Assembly (NCBI GenBank): GCA_963722585.1
Contig: CAVRNU010000048.1
Span: 87,136 to 151,135 of the forward strand
Source: Bryobacterales bacterium
Lineage (GTDB): Bacteria > Acidobacteriota > Terriglobia > Bryobacterales > Bryobacteraceae
Direction: 5' to 3'
DNA length: 64,000 bases
Shown: positions 21,537 through 32,148 of the stretch, piece by piece
Layout of the letters: every line of letters starts with the position of its first letter
Numbering within the stretch: the stretch's first letter is position 1
Notes under the pieces: model-generated
What the model was told of the DNA's origin: nothing
The model's input: only the letters and a program-made list of their open reading frames with translations
Database searches by the model: none
Position numbers and translations under genes: made by a program

Positions 21537-22715
21537 ATGTTCGGGAACGCAGCTCACTCTGAGGTACTTGAACAGCCGCAGTTTGTTTCCCTGAAAATTG
21601 TCCTTTCAGCCCAAGCCATTGGCGAATTAAGCGCCCTCTCTTATCCCGCCCACCCGATTGAATTTGGAAAACGCGAGCTCGCCGGCTTTCTGTTTGGCAA
21701 GGTTTCGCAGCGGTGCGTGCAAATCGAAACCGTCCGGCAGCTTCCTTCCGAAAGTGGCAGCCTGATCTTCGAGCGGTTCACAAATAAACAATTCGGCGAA
21801 ATATTGCGAGTGAGCCAGGCGGATGAGTCTCTGGCCGGCATGGGCATAGTGGGGTGGTATCGTTTCCATCCGGCACGCGACTTGCGGCTCGAGCCCGCGG
21901 AAATCGACTTTCACGAAAAATTCTTTCCCAACCATGAACACGTCGGCTTGATTCTGCGGCCTGATGAACCTACGGGATTAACGGCGCTGATCTGTGCCCG
22001 GAGCCAGGACGGCGCATTCTCGCGGACTCAGCATTCGAGCGCGGCCCTATCGGTCAACAGCCGGCGCATTGCACGGGCTGCAGTCGAGCTTCAGTCCGGG
22101 CCAAAATTCGGCGAAGAAGCCTACATCCAGGCATACCGGATTCTGGAAACCGGCGACGAGCGCAAGAGCCGGCGAAAGTGGATCGTGGCGGTAGCCCTGC
22201 TGGGCACGCTGCTGGTTGCAAGCGCCGCCTGGTTTAAATTTTCCGAATCCACGTCGGCTCCGGTTGCCGATCAAAAACCGCCCACTCTGTCTCTGACGCT
22301 TTCGGCCGATGGGCCGAATCTGCTGGTGAGCTGGATCGGGGGCAGTTCATCGCCCAAGGAGGCTCACTTGAAAATCCTGGATGGCGACGCGGTCAGCCAG
22401 ATCGACCTGACGAAGACCTACAACCCTACCGGGTCTGTTACGGTACCGAGACACAGCGGCAACGTACAAGCCGTGATCGAGATGAACGATGGGTTCCGTA
22501 ACTGGCAGAGCCAGTCGAGTTTGATCGACGACGGGTTTGTAGCTAGCAAGAATGCCACTGCGGCTCTTGCCGCTGCGGCAAAGAATCAGGCTGACCAACC
22601 CGAATTAGCGCAGCTGATAGAAAAAAACCGCCGCCTCCAGGCCACAGTCGATTCGCTGCGCAGTCAACTGGAGGAAGCGCCACACCGCACCTCAAAACGG
22701 AACCGCGCGCGCTAG
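21537..22715 (+). CDS. Hypothetical membrane protein: JAB/MPN-like N-terminal domain, TM helix, C-terminal coiled coil
   Basis: ELAGFLFG...IVGWYRFHP...DFHEKFF pattern; TM WIVAVALLGTLLVASAAWF. Confidence 0.6.
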   Translation: MFGNAAHSEVLEQPQFVSLKIVLSAQAIGELSALSYPAHPIEFGKRELAGFLFGKVSQRCVQIETVRQLPSESGSLIFERFTNKQFGEILRVSQADESLAGMGIVGWYRFHPARDLRLEPAEIDFHEKFFPNHEHVGLILRPDEPTGLTALICARSQDGAFSRTQHSSAALSVNSRRIARAAVELQSGPKFGEEAYIQAYRILETGDERKSRRKWIVAVALLGTLLVASAAWFKFSESTSAPVADQKPPTLSLTLSADGPNLLVSWIGGSSSPKEAHLKILDGDAVSQIDLTKTYNPTGSVTVPRHSGNVQAVIEMNDGFRNWQSQSSLIDDGFVASKNATAALAAAAKNQADQPELAQLIEKNRRLQATVDSLRSQLEEAPHRTSKRNRAR

Positions 22716-22738
22716 CAAACCCCACGTGGCCTGAACCG

Positions 22739-22765
22739 AGCCGCGACCGCGAGGGAGCGGTCTTC
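22739..22765 (+). repeat. REP-like repeat, family B
   Basis: AGCCGCGACCGCGAGGGAGCGGTCTTC between convergent genes; identical 20-nt core at 48241. Confidence 0.7.
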
Positions 22766-22785
22766 GATCTTTTCAGAGCCGCCTA

Positions 22786-25700
22786 TCAGAAGTAAAACCG
22801 CAGCGAAAGCTGAAGATTACGGGCAAGCGTGCTTTTCTGGGTCACTTCGCCGAACGTTGAATCTGTCGGATTCACGTCGAGGCCGCCTGTTTGGGTAATG
22901 TTGGCCCAATTCGGGTGGTTGATAAAGTCGTAGGCTTCTGCCCGGAACTCGAACCCGGTCCTTTCGTTAATGGCAAATTTCTTGAAGAGCATCAGATTCC
23001 AAACCTGGAGACCCGGCCCGTAAATGGAGTCACGAACGCCCGATTGAAGATTAAACGTGCCAGCGGCGGGCGCCGTGAAGATCGGCTGGCCGCTTGCATT
23101 CGTGGTGGAAAAGTATTTCGCCGAACCGCTTGCGCCCGCGAATCCACCGAGAATGGTCGGCGTTCCGTTCATGACCCAAAATTGGCCCTGCGACCCGCAA
23201 CCGAAGCTGCCCAGATCGTTTGAGCTGACACCCGCGTAATCGACGTTGGCTCCGACGCCGCACGGCTGACCGGTCTGGAACTGAACTGTGCCGCTGATCT
23301 GCCAGCCGCCCAGCAGCTTGCCCGTGAGCCTGCTTTGATCTTTAAAGAAGGGGAGTTCGTACAGGTAATTGATGACTGCCACGTGACGGGCGTCGTACTC
23401 CGAGGGACCCCAAAGATTGCTGGTGTTGTAGGTGTCGGGGACGATGTCGCGATAATTCGAGCTGTTGTCCGAACTCTTCGAGTATGTATACGAGACGCCG
23501 AACAGAGATCCCCTTGTGAGACGGCGATTCCAGGTAATCTGCAGCCCGTTGTACGTGGAGTTCACAACGGGCTCCTCTTCCTGAATCACCGCGAAGCCCT
23601 TGTAGGGACGCAGCGCATTGATATTCACGCCCGGATTCGCCTGCAGGGTTCCCGCCGGGACTTGATTGATGTCGTACACATCCCAGCCATGATAGGCGCG
23701 ATGCCCGACATAGGCGACGGATAGCACGGAATTCCAGAATAATTCGCGCTGAAACGTGAAGTTCCAGTTCCATGCAATCGGCGCCTTCAGATGCGGGTTC
23801 AGCGACGTCATGGTCAGGGGGGCCTCCACACCTGTGGTCAAAGCCGCGGCCGGATTGTCCACGCGTACGTTGTTTACCGTCACGAACGGTTGGAACGGGG
23901 AGTTGCCGCCGGGGAAAATATTGTCGAGCAGAGGCATGCGGGTTACGAATTCGCCCGCCCCCGCGCGAACTACGGTCTTCTCATTAAGCTGATAGGCGAT
24001 GCCAAGGCGCGGCTGAACCGGAGTGACGTTGGGCGCGTACGATTTGCCCAACTTCGGGTCAAAGAGGCTGTTGCACGATTGGCCGCCGCAGATGGGCTCG
24101 GTTGCGGCCAGAACACGTCCGACAGCGGAACTCGGAAAGCTGCTGAAACCGGGAATGACCACGCCATTATATGCATTGCCAGTTCCCAGTACGACGTTTC
24201 CGGCGGAATTAATCGTGACGGCCTGTGCCGGGTTGTACAAAGCACCATTGAAGTAGTCCTGGTTGGCCCACAAGGCGTGATACCAACCGATCGTACTGAC
24301 GCGAACGCCGTAATCGATGTGCAGCTTCGGATTGATTTTCCAGGAATCCTGCGCGAACTCTTCGAACATCAAACCTCGCCAGATGGTGTAGGCGCGCGGG
24401 CCAATTTCGGTGTAGCTGTCGGCATAACCAAGAGCCAGATTGGCGATGCTGGCGCCGGAAGTCGCACCCGTGCCGCCGTTGCTAAATGTGAAATTGCCGT
24501 TCTGGTTGTTGGCGCCGCCGGGAACGGTACTGACGTTGATCTGGTCACCGTCGTTTTCGCCATCGTAGTCGAAAAGGAAACCGAACTTAAACGTGTGGTT
24601 GCTCCAAACCTTGGTCAAGCTGTCGGAAGCCGTATAAATGGGACCGGAGGAATGCGACGGATAAGGCCCCCCGGCCAGGCTATAGAAGCTGTCGTTCAGG
24701 TTAACGGTGGGGATTTTGTGCGTAATATCCTTGCCGGGGAATATGTAGGGGAAGTTGATACCGAGTGTTTCGGCATTGAACCCGGGTGCGGCGGTGTTTA
24801 CCGGGATGTACACGTCATCCAGGCTCACGGTTGCGCGCGCCTCATTTACGAGGGTCGGATTGATGGTGTAAGTCCAGCCCAGCGTGTTGGTCTGATTGGG
24901 ACGGTTGAAGTATTTTGGAGTCAGGCCCGATCCCTGATCGAACGGCTGATATTCGAAATAAGCTAAGTCGCTCTTCCGGAACTCGATGTGATTCTTGTCG
25001 TTCGGAAGGATGTCGAAATTCAGACTCTCTTTGCGCTGGTTGTAGGGATGCGCCGCCTGGGCGATCCAATTCTGGGTACCGACCGGTCCGAAATTTGCCG
25101 CAGGGTACGCGTTAAGAATGGCAAGGCCCGTCGGGCTGAGCAGGCTTGTAGGAATAATATTGCCGGGAATCGGTTGGCATGTAGATGCACCGAGCTTGGG
25201 ACAGGTGCCGGGGTAATAGAGCTGCGTCACACCCTTGTACCAGGGATTCGAACTCAACAGCTGACTGAAGTTGCCCTGGCGCATCAGAGGGGTGGGTACA
25301 GCCTGTTCCTGCGTGTCGGTGGAACGCTGCCGGAGCCAGTCTTCGGCTACAAACCAGAAAAATTTCTCGCGGAACTTTTCCCACTTACCCGGAATGGCTG
25401 CCGGACCGCCGACCGCAAAACCGAAGTTGTTGTAACGGTAAGGTGAGGCAAAGTTGGTGGACGTGCTCAGATTGCGGCTCCAGGTATTCGCGTTCATGTC
25501 TGAATTCTGGAAGTACTCGTACAAGGCGCCGTGAAAGTCGGTTGAACCGCTTTTCGAAACCATGCGGATCTGGCCTCCCGCAGCTCGGCCGTATTCAGCC
25601 TGATAGTCCGCAGTTAGAACTTGGATCTCCTGCGTCGAGTCCACGTTGCCGACGCCGATTACCGCGCCGTTCGAGCGTGTGCGCAGGGCCGGCGCGCCGT

Positions 25701-26310
25701 CTACGAAGACCATCGTGTCCCACGAACGCGCTCCGTTGACATTGAACGGCTGTCCGGCCGGTCCTAGACCCTGCTTATCTCCGAGTGTTGTACCAGCTCC
25801 CGCACGGACGCCGGGGAGAAACTGCGTCGAATAAATAGGGCTGCGGCCGTTCAGTTCCAGATTTTGGATTTGCGTGCCGGTGACTTCGGACTGTACCGCG
25901 CCTGATTCGGTTTGCAGTACCAGGGCTGTAGCGCTTACCTCAACCGTTTCGGTTGTCTGCCCAACGGAGAGATTCGCGTCCAGACCAAGGGTGGAGTTGG
26001 CTTCCAGCTTATTATGCGTGCTCTCGAATTTCTTGAAGCCACTGATTTCAGCCGTCATCGCATACAGGCCGGGAAGAAGATTGGTGACGGCGTAGTGGCC
26101 CTGAGCGTCGGTGGTCACGGTGTGCGATTCACCCGTGGCTTCGCTCTTGATCGTTACTTTGGCGTTCGGAACCACACCACCGCTCTGATCTCTAGCAAAA
26201 CCAACGATGGTGCCCACATCGGACTGGGCAAACGCCACCACTGAGAACAGAATGCAAATCCCTAACGCGGTGCAAAGGGATAAAACCTTTGCATCGATGC
26301 TTTTCCTCAT
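22786..26310 (-). CDS. TonB-dependent receptor, Oar-like, with carboxypeptidase-regulatory-like N-terminal domain
   Basis: Signal peptide, G..RDQSGGVVPNAKVT, LPGLY...AE..GFK, KSGST.FHG..YE, QPRLGIAY, C-terminal RNLQLSLRFYF. Confidence 0.9.
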   Translation of the reverse strand: MRKSIDAKVLSLCTALGICILFSVVAFAQSDVGTIVGFARDQSGGVVPNAKVTIKSEATGESHTVTTDAQGHYAVTNLLPGLYAMTAEISGFKKFESTHNKLEANSTLGLDANLSVGQTTETVEVSATALVLQTESGAVQSEVTGTQIQNLELNGRSPIYSTQFLPGVRAGAGTTLGDKQGLGPAGQPFNVNGARSWDTMVFVDGAPALRTRSNGAVIGVGNVDSTQEIQVLTADYQAEYGRAAGGQIRMVSKSGSTDFHGALYEYFQNSDMNANTWSRNLSTSTNFASPYRYNNFGFAVGGPAAIPGKWEKFREKFFWFVAEDWLRQRSTDTQEQAVPTPLMRQGNFSQLLSSNPWYKGVTQLYYPGTCPKLGASTCQPIPGNIIPTSLLSPTGLAILNAYPAANFGPVGTQNWIAQAAHPYNQRKESLNFDILPNDKNHIEFRKSDLAYFEYQPFDQGSGLTPKYFNRPNQTNTLGWTYTINPTLVNEARATVSLDDVYIPVNTAAPGFNAETLGINFPYIFPGKDITHKIPTVNLNDSFYSLAGGPYPSHSSGPIYTASDSLTKVWSNHTFKFGFLFDYDGENDGDQINVSTVPGGANNQNGNFTFSNGGTGATSGASIANLALGYADSYTEIGPRAYTIWRGLMFEEFAQDSWKINPKLHIDYGVRVSTIGWYHALWANQDYFNGALYNPAQAVTINSAGNVVLGTGNAYNGVVIPGFSSFPSSAVGRVLAATEPICGGQSCNSLFDPKLGKSYAPNVTPVQPRLGIAYQLNEKTVVRAGAGEFVTRMPLLDNIFPGGNSPFQPFVTVNNVRVDNPAAALTTGVEAPLTMTSLNPHLKAPIAWNWNFTFQRELFWNSVLSVAYVGHRAYHGWDVYDINQVPAGTLQANPGVNINALRPYKGFAVIQEEEPVVNSTYNGLQITWNRRLTRGSLFGVSYTYSKSSDNSSNYRDIVPDTYNTSNLWGPSEYDARHVAVINYLYELPFFKDQSRLTGKLLGGWQISGTVQFQTGQPCGVGANVDYAGVSSNDLGSFGCGSQGQFWVMNGTPTILGGFAGASGSAKYFSTTNASGQPIFTAPAAGTFNLQSGVRDSIYGPGLQVWNLMLFKKFAINERTGFEFRAEAYDFINHPNWANITQTGGLDVNPTDSTFGEVTQKSTLARNLQLSLRFYF

Positions 26311-26519
26311 AGAACCCCCCTCAACTTAGAGAATGATGCCAAACGGCGAGGAAGCATGATCGCCGTCAGAACGCTACCAAGACTATGGGCGAGTATATCC
26401 ACGATTTGCGGCCAAGGCAACCGTGTGCAAGAGGGTTTGCTGTTAAGATCCGATGAAATTACACAACGGGCACACTCTCGTAGAATTGCCCGGGTTTAGA
26501 GGATGCCCTTGAAAAAGCC

Positions 26520-26987
26520 CTACTCGACTTCAAAAATAGCTTCTATTTCAACCGTAATGTTGTTTGGGAGCATCATTCCCACAGCCGAGCGCGCATGACG
26601 GCCCGCCTCTCCAAACACCTCGACCATCAGATCGGAGCAGCCATTAATCACCTGCGGCTGTTTTCCGAATTCGGGAGTCGAGTTCACCATACCCAGCAGC
26701 TTTACCACTCTGCGCACCCGCGTCAGGTCGCCCTCAAGCGCACTCCTCGCGGCAGCCAAAAGCTGCAAGCCCACAAGCCGCGCGTCCTTATAAGCTTCTT
26801 CCGCCGATACGTCCGCTCCCACCCGGCCCGTCTTAAACCGATTGTCCCGTTCACGTGGACCCTGCCCGCTGAGAAACAGCAGATTGCCCGACCGCACGAA
26901 CGGAACATAGTTTGCCATCGGGCTCGGAACGTCCGGGATCTCAATACCAAGTTCCGCGAGCCGCCGATCTATCGCATTCTTTTCCAT
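26520..26987 (-). CDS. RidA/YjgF family protein
   Basis: ANYVPFVRSGNLLFLSGQGP, VFGEAGRHARSAVG, VEIEAIFEV. Confidence 0.9.
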   Translation of the reverse strand: MEKNAIDRRLAELGIEIPDVPSPMANYVPFVRSGNLLFLSGQGPRERDNRFKTGRVGADVSAEEAYKDARLVGLQLLAAARSALEGDLTRVRRVVKLLGMVNSTPEFGKQPQVINGCSDLMVEVFGEAGRHARSAVGMMLPNNITVEIEAIFEVE

Positions 26988-27019
26988 ACCGCCCAATTGT
27001 AAGCGGCATGTCCCTCCGT

Positions 27020-27562
27020 CTAGTGCTGCTGGAAGCGAATGTTAGGCGCGGGATCGTCTACAATCTCATAGCCCGCGGGAACTTCAAAAAGCGAAGGGTC
27101 GGGATTATTGCGGTCGATGTTAGTGAGCCGCGTCACCGAATCTCCGCTTCGGGGATCGGAATGCGTAGACTCGATCGTCTCCTTGAGATCGGGCGAAAAC
27201 CACGATTCAGAGACCACAGTGATAGGCCGGTCGTTACCAACCGCGCCCTCGGGAAGGACAGTCATGATTCGTGAACCTTCCACCACTAGTCCGTCGATCG
27301 TCTCGGTTCCAAGCGACTCATGGGTGCTTCGGGCACCGGTTGAAGAGATGGCTGGGCCTGTATAAGATATGCCTCCTCCTCCACCACCTCCCGCGGCTTT
27401 GACCGCGCTGCTCTGATTTGGCTGACTCTGCCTTGGCTGAGTTTGAGCGGACAATCGCGGCGGCAATATGGCTCCCTGGGACAGTGCCATACGGCGAGCC
27501 ACCTTATTCTGTGGTTCCAGCATGTAGGAGTAGCCCGCTACCACCAGCAAAATCTTGCGCAT
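27020..27562 (-). CDS. Hypothetical exported protein (common acidobacterial type)
   Basis: ESLGTETIDG...E.WFSPDL...SDPRSG...TRLTNIDR.NPDPSLFEVPAGY. Confidence 0.6.
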   Translation of the reverse strand: MRKILLVVAGYSYMLEPQNKVARRMALSQGAILPPRLSAQTQPRQSQPNQSSAVKAAGGGGGGGISYTGPAISSTGARSTHESLGTETIDGLVVEGSRIMTVLPEGAVGNDRPITVVSESWFSPDLKETIESTHSDPRSGDSVTRLTNIDRNNPDPSLFEVPAGYEIVDDPAPNIRFQQH

Positions 27563-27766
27563 ATTCCGCCCTTCCCGGAATATATGTCGCGGCCTGGACG
27601 CTGTCAATAAGCCGAAGGTTTGCCTTCGGACAAATAATATTGGTCTGAATCCCTCGCGCCAGGCGACTCGGATTTTTCCGTAATTTCCAAACTTTTCACG
27701 CATCGACTAGCGTTTTAGTACTCCGTATTCCGTTGAATTGCGCCCAATTCCCGCGTTTACTAGTAT

Positions 27767-29050
27767 TTGCAGCCACAAATCTTCCACAGCGTGATTGAGA
27801 ACAGCAGAAAGGTACAAGCACACTTGGCCATATTGGCGGAAAAGCCCCCGGCGATTCCCGGCGAACTGGGACAGGCGGCAGAGGAAGGGCGCGACTGCGA
27901 CGCAGTTCGGGTCGACATTATTACGTGCGAGTTCCCCCCCGCCGTTGGAGGCGTCGCCGACTATACACAAGAAGTCGCAAACGGTCTCAGCCAGTTGGGG
28001 TGTTCGGTCCGCGTTTGGGGGCCGGGCAGCGACCCTGCTGAAGAGGCAAATTCGCATCTCACCGTAAACCGGTCGCTGGGACATTTTGGACTGCGATCGC
28101 TGATCCGGGCCGGCCGGGCGATGAAGGCGGGAAGCGGAGGCCGATGCTTACTCCTGCAGTGGGAGCCAGTGGGATACGGTGTCGGGTCCGTGAACCTGAT
28201 CTTTTGCCTGTGGATTGCTTCCATGGTTCTGCGTGGAGCGCGGCTCATCGTCATGTTCCACGAAACGTTCCTGAGCTATTCGAAACGAACGCCGAAAAGG
28301 CTGATAGCGGCCTCGCTCCAGCGCTTCATGGCCTTCTTGCTCGTGAACTTCGCATCTAAAGTGTTCGCCTCGACCGCGGGAGGAGCGCGAGCGCTCAACC
28401 GGTTCAGTTTGCGGCGCGGCAAGGTGGAACACCTGCCCGTTTTCTCGAATGTCAAGACCGACCGCGATCCGGACTACGTGAGAGCGCTTCGGGCGGGTTT
28501 TCGATCGGAACAGGAAATACTGATTGGACACTTCGGCCGCTATATGGCGGGGACCGAATCGCTGGTGGTCCCGGCTCTGAGGCGCCTCTTGCTCGCCAAC
28601 CCGGCGGTCAAGGTGCTTTTCGCGGGAGAATGTGCGAGCCGCTATCGGGCCAAGCTTCTCGACGGACATTTCGAACTCGAGCCGCGAGTCCATTCGGTGG
28701 GCATATGCAGCGCGGGCGAGGTCGCTTCAGCGCTCTCGGCGTGCGATTTTATGTTCCAGCCGTACCCCGATGGGATTACTACGCGGCGCAGCACCGCAAT
28801 GGCAGCGCTCGCAAACGGCAGATTCCTGGTTTCAAACACTGGCCCCTCGAGCGAAGATCTCTGGATGCGAAGTCCTGCGGTCTGTCTGCTCACCGGACGA
28901 GATCCGGCCGCCCATGCTGATGAGTTAGGCAGGGTTGTACGGTCTCCGGAACTCGTGGCCCGGGGATCGGCTTCGGCTCGCCAGTTCTACGAGGAGAATT
29001 TCTCCGCCGAGCGTACGTTGAGAGACCTCAAGGCCAGCATTCGGATCTGA
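27767..29050 (+). CDS. Glycosyltransferase family 4 (GT-B)
   Basis: EFPPAVGGVADYT, CDFMFQPYPDG..TRRSTAMAALA; start uncertain. Confidence 0.8.
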   Translation: MQPQIFHSVIENSRKVQAHLAILAEKPPAIPGELGQAAEEGRDCDAVRVDIITCEFPPAVGGVADYTQEVANGLSQLGCSVRVWGPGSDPAEEANSHLTVNRSLGHFGLRSLIRAGRAMKAGSGGRCLLLQWEPVGYGVGSVNLIFCLWIASMVLRGARLIVMFHETFLSYSKRTPKRLIAASLQRFMAFLLVNFASKVFASTAGGARALNRFSLRRGKVEHLPVFSNVKTDRDPDYVRALRAGFRSEQEILIGHFGRYMAGTESLVVPALRRLLLANPAVKVLFAGECASRYRAKLLDGHFELEPRVHSVGICSAGEVASALSACDFMFQPYPDGITTRRSTAMAALANGRFLVSNTGPSSEDLWMRSPAVCLLTGRDPAAHADELGRVVRSPELVARGSASARQFYEENFSAERTLRDLKASIRI

Positions 29051-30676
29051 ATGATGAAACTGCCGAGCACAACCGCGAACAACACAGCCGTTCTCGACGA
29101 ACCGGAAGTTCCGTCGCTCGAACTGGAAACCCCGGTTGCCGAGCCGGCCATACCCGTCCACGTGACGAAAAACCTGGTAAGCGGGACATCCGCCCTGGGA
29201 CTCGGTGTCGTCATCGAACGCGGCTTTGGATTTCTTTCAAACGTTCTTGCGGCGCGCCTGGGCGGCGCTTCAACATTCGGCGTCTACTCGCTTGCCATTT
29301 CCACCGCCAGCAACATCAGTACTTACGCGGCGGGCGGCATCGGATCGACCGCAACCCGTTTTTCAGGCGAATATCCGAGAGGCAGCTCGGGCTATCCGAC
29401 GCTCGCCCGCGCGCTCGCGGTGGTTTCTATTGTTTCCGCACTCGCTGCCGCTCTCATCATGTGGATCGGAGCCGTACCCATTTCCCGGCTCCTCGAAAAG
29501 CCCAACCTCACCGGAGTCTTGCACTGGGCTGCGCTTTCCGGTGCAGGAATGATTTTGGTCGAGTGCGCGAGAGGATTCTTCATCGGGCAGAAGCGCCTGA
29601 AGGCTCTGCTGCTTCTGTCTATTTCCGTTGGAATCGGAATGGCGACGTTGCTGCCGATTGCGGCGCATGTCGGACCTGTGGCGATGATCTGCAGCCAGAG
29701 CGCCGCCGCGCTGGGCGCTGTCGTAGTGTGCTTGCTCTGCTACCGTCCCCTAGGCCTGGCTTCTCCTGTGCGTATTGAAAGGCGTGAGCCCATCAAGCCC
29801 GTGCTGAAGCAGGTGTGGTCGTTCGGATTTGTTCAGCTTGCGGGTCTCGTAGGAATGAACGCAGCCGGATGGTGGCTCACTTCTCTCGTGGCTAAAAGCG
29901 ACGCGTCCATGATGCAGATGGGATTCTTCGCCGTGGCGCACCAGCTTAGAAACATGGTGGCCCTCGGGCCTAGCCTCCTTACGCAGGCGAGTCTCGCCGA
30001 AATGGCCGACCGCGGCAACAAGGCAGAGAAAACACCTGAAAACGTGATGGCGGCCTGCACATTCATCTCCATGCTTGTCTCGCTCGCTTTGGCGGGAGTG
30101 GGCATTATCGTCGTTCCGTTGGGATTGACGTTAATGTATGGTAAGACGTATTCGGGAGCAGAACTCGCCACTGCCATCGCTCTGGCGACTGCCGTGCCGC
30201 ACATGGGCAGCAGCTCCTTTGCAGCACGGCTTTGGATTGTATCGCTCCGATCTTCAGGTCTCATCAATACTGCATGGGCGGCGTTAGTGGCGCTCGCCGC
30301 CACAGCTCTGCTGCTCCACGGCGGCAGCGCCGCTAAAGGCGCCGGCGTTTATCTGGCTGCTCATCTGTTGTCGGCCGGCCTTCAAATCGGATGCTTGAAA
30401 AGGCGCGGATCGATGCCTCAGGGGGTCATCACTATCTTCAGTCTGGGCACGGCATGCGCGATTGCGCTCGCCGCCCTTGCCTTTGCGCGAGAAACTCACC
30501 CCGCAAGCGGCGCTTCGATCACTTTCCTCATGCTGGGTGTTTTGTTATCGGTTCTCGCCGCGATGTTTTTCACCGGCAAGCGCCACAACTGGGTTCCTTC
30601 GAAGGACGCGATTCGAGAGCTTGTCGCGCACATGCGGATTCTCGACCGGCTTAGGCTTCGGCAGCCCGCTCAGTAA
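29051..30676 (+). CDS. Polysaccharide flippase (Wzx/MATE-like)
   Basis: About 12-14 TM helices, LAARLGGASTFGVYSLA, MGFFAVAHQL; abuts the GT gene. Confidence 0.8.
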   Translation: MMKLPSTTANNTAVLDEPEVPSLELETPVAEPAIPVHVTKNLVSGTSALGLGVVIERGFGFLSNVLAARLGGASTFGVYSLAISTASNISTYAAGGIGSTATRFSGEYPRGSSGYPTLARALAVVSIVSALAAALIMWIGAVPISRLLEKPNLTGVLHWAALSGAGMILVECARGFFIGQKRLKALLLLSISVGIGMATLLPIAAHVGPVAMICSQSAAALGAVVVCLLCYRPLGLASPVRIERREPIKPVLKQVWSFGFVQLAGLVGMNAAGWWLTSLVAKSDASMMQMGFFAVAHQLRNMVALGPSLLTQASLAEMADRGNKAEKTPENVMAACTFISMLVSLALAGVGIIVVPLGLTLMYGKTYSGAELATAIALATAVPHMGSSSFAARLWIVSLRSSGLINTAWAALVALAATALLLHGGSAAKGAGVYLAAHLLSAGLQIGCLKRRGSMPQGVITIFSLGTACAIALAALAFARETHPASGASITFLMLGVLLSVLAAMFFTGKRHNWVPSKDAIRELVAHMRILDRLRLRQPAQ

Positions 30677-31955
30677 GCCGCACATCGAGATCGCCGGGCT
30701 GTTCGGTGGACCACTGCACACGAGTCCTGTTTCCGATCACAAACCAGTACCCGCCGATGCCGATCAAAAGTATCGCGCAGGAAACCGCAAACGCCAGCGC
30801 AAACGAGTGCGTCTCGTTCACAATCGCTCCGGTAATCCAGGGCGCGGCGACGCCCGCGAAATTGCCCATGCAATTCTGAAGAGCGGTCCATTTCCCGGCT
30901 GCCTCGGGACCGGAGAGCGTCTGAGCGAAGGCCCAGTGATTCGACGAAAATCCTCCGAAACAAAGGCAGGCAATTAGCAGCAACGTCATGGCTACGGTTT
31001 CATTGTGGACAGTTATACCTGGCAGCATAAACAAGCAACAGCCCAGCATCCCTAGCGAGACACTTGCTTGACGAACTCGGGCCGCCACTTTCCCACGCCG
31101 GATAAATGCGTCGGCCACCAGACCCATCGTCATGGACGAGGCCCCTAGCGCCCAGAACGGGAGCGAGCTGAACAGCGCCAAATTCGAATAGTGGCGCTCC
31201 TTTTCCAGGTAATAAGGAAGCCACGTGAGCAGCAGATACCAGGTATAGTTCGCTCCGAACAGACCGATCACCGTGCCCCAAAAGGCTCGTTTTGAAAGGA
31301 TCTCAGAATAGGCAGGCGCCGGGATGTTCGATGTTTCCTGCCTGAGTTTCAGTCGAGGCGCAACAACGCACCACGGAACGAGCCACAGCATGCTCGCTAC
31401 GCCGATGACAATGAACATGCCCCGCCAATCGAGCCGCTGTACAAGTTTCACGCCGAGCATGACGCCAAGCGCCGGCCCGATCTTTGATCCCGCGTCGATA
31501 GCGGCATTGGCTGTCCCTCGCAGGCCCTCGGGAAAACAGCCCGTTATGATTTTCGAATATGAGGGATATGCTATCGATTCTCCGGTTCCCAACAAAAGCC
31601 GCAAGCAAAAAATAACGGCAAAGCTGTCGATGGTCAGCCCGGGGAGATGAAGATCGCGCGCGAAACCGGTGGCGGCAGTGGCTCCCGACCAAAGAAGATA
31701 GCCGGCAGCAAATACCCAGTTCACGTTGAATCTCTCGATCAGCTTTCCGGCAGCAATCTGAAACAACGAATAGGTCAGGAAGAAGGCCATACTAAGCCGG
31801 CCCAGACGCTCCTGATCGAGATGGATGTCGCGTTGAATATGGCTGAGCGCGACAGAGAGATTGCCCCGATCGAGATAATTGATCCCGACGGAAACGGTAA
31901 GAAGAACGAGCGCAAACCAGTGGAGGCGCGAAGGCTTGAGCAGCGTCGAGGCCAT
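30651..31955 (-). CDS. MFS transporter (anion:cation symporter, ExuT/DgoT-like)
   Basis: INYLDRGNLSVA, RLLLGTGES, RGTANA, FAGVAAPWITG. Confidence 0.88.
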   Translation of the reverse strand: MASTLLKPSRLHWFALVLLTVSVGINYLDRGNLSVALSHIQRDIHLDQERLGRLSMAFFLTYSLFQIAAGKLIERFNVNWVFAAGYLLWSGATAATGFARDLHLPGLTIDSFAVIFCLRLLLGTGESIAYPSYSKIITGCFPEGLRGTANAAIDAGSKIGPALGVMLGVKLVQRLDWRGMFIVIGVASMLWLVPWCVVAPRLKLRQETSNIPAPAYSEILSKRAFWGTVIGLFGANYTWYLLLTWLPYYLEKERHYSNLALFSSLPFWALGASSMTMGLVADAFIRRGKVAARVRQASVSLGMLGCCLFMLPGITVHNETVAMTLLLIACLCFGGFSSNHWAFAQTLSGPEAAGKWTALQNCMGNFAGVAAPWITGAIVNETHSFALAFAVSCAILLIGIGGYWFVIGNRTRVQWSTEQPGDLDVRLTERAAEA

Positions 31956-31984
31956 GGGGCTGCGCTCACTCTATCAGATGATAG

Positions 31985-32027
31985 TGTGGCGCACGCTTTA
32001 GCGTGCAGTGGTGAACTTCAGTTCACC
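31985..32027 (+). repeat. REP-like repeat, family A
   Basis: GTGGCGCACGCTTTAGCGTGCAGTGGTGAACTTCAGTTCACC. Confidence 0.75.
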
Positions 32028-32032
32028 GTTAT

Positions 32033-32092
32033 GTCCTGCGCGATCTATAAGCCGGTTTCTGTGCCCCGCCGAAAAGCGGGCGGCAACCATTC
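32033..32092 (-). repeat. 60-bp direct duplicate of the RNase P RNA 3' end
   Basis: 32033-32092 matches 32147-32206 at 59/60 positions. Confidence 0.9.
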
Positions 32093-32148
32093 GACCAAGC
32101 CTAGAACGAGGAATGCTTGCCGCCGCTAAGCGAGCTACATGAATCGGT

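Noticed and set aside
22891-26244. Many long plus-strand ORFs (e.g. 23791..24966)
   Set aside because: Antisense shadows of the TonB-dependent receptor in GC-rich DNA; no motifs.
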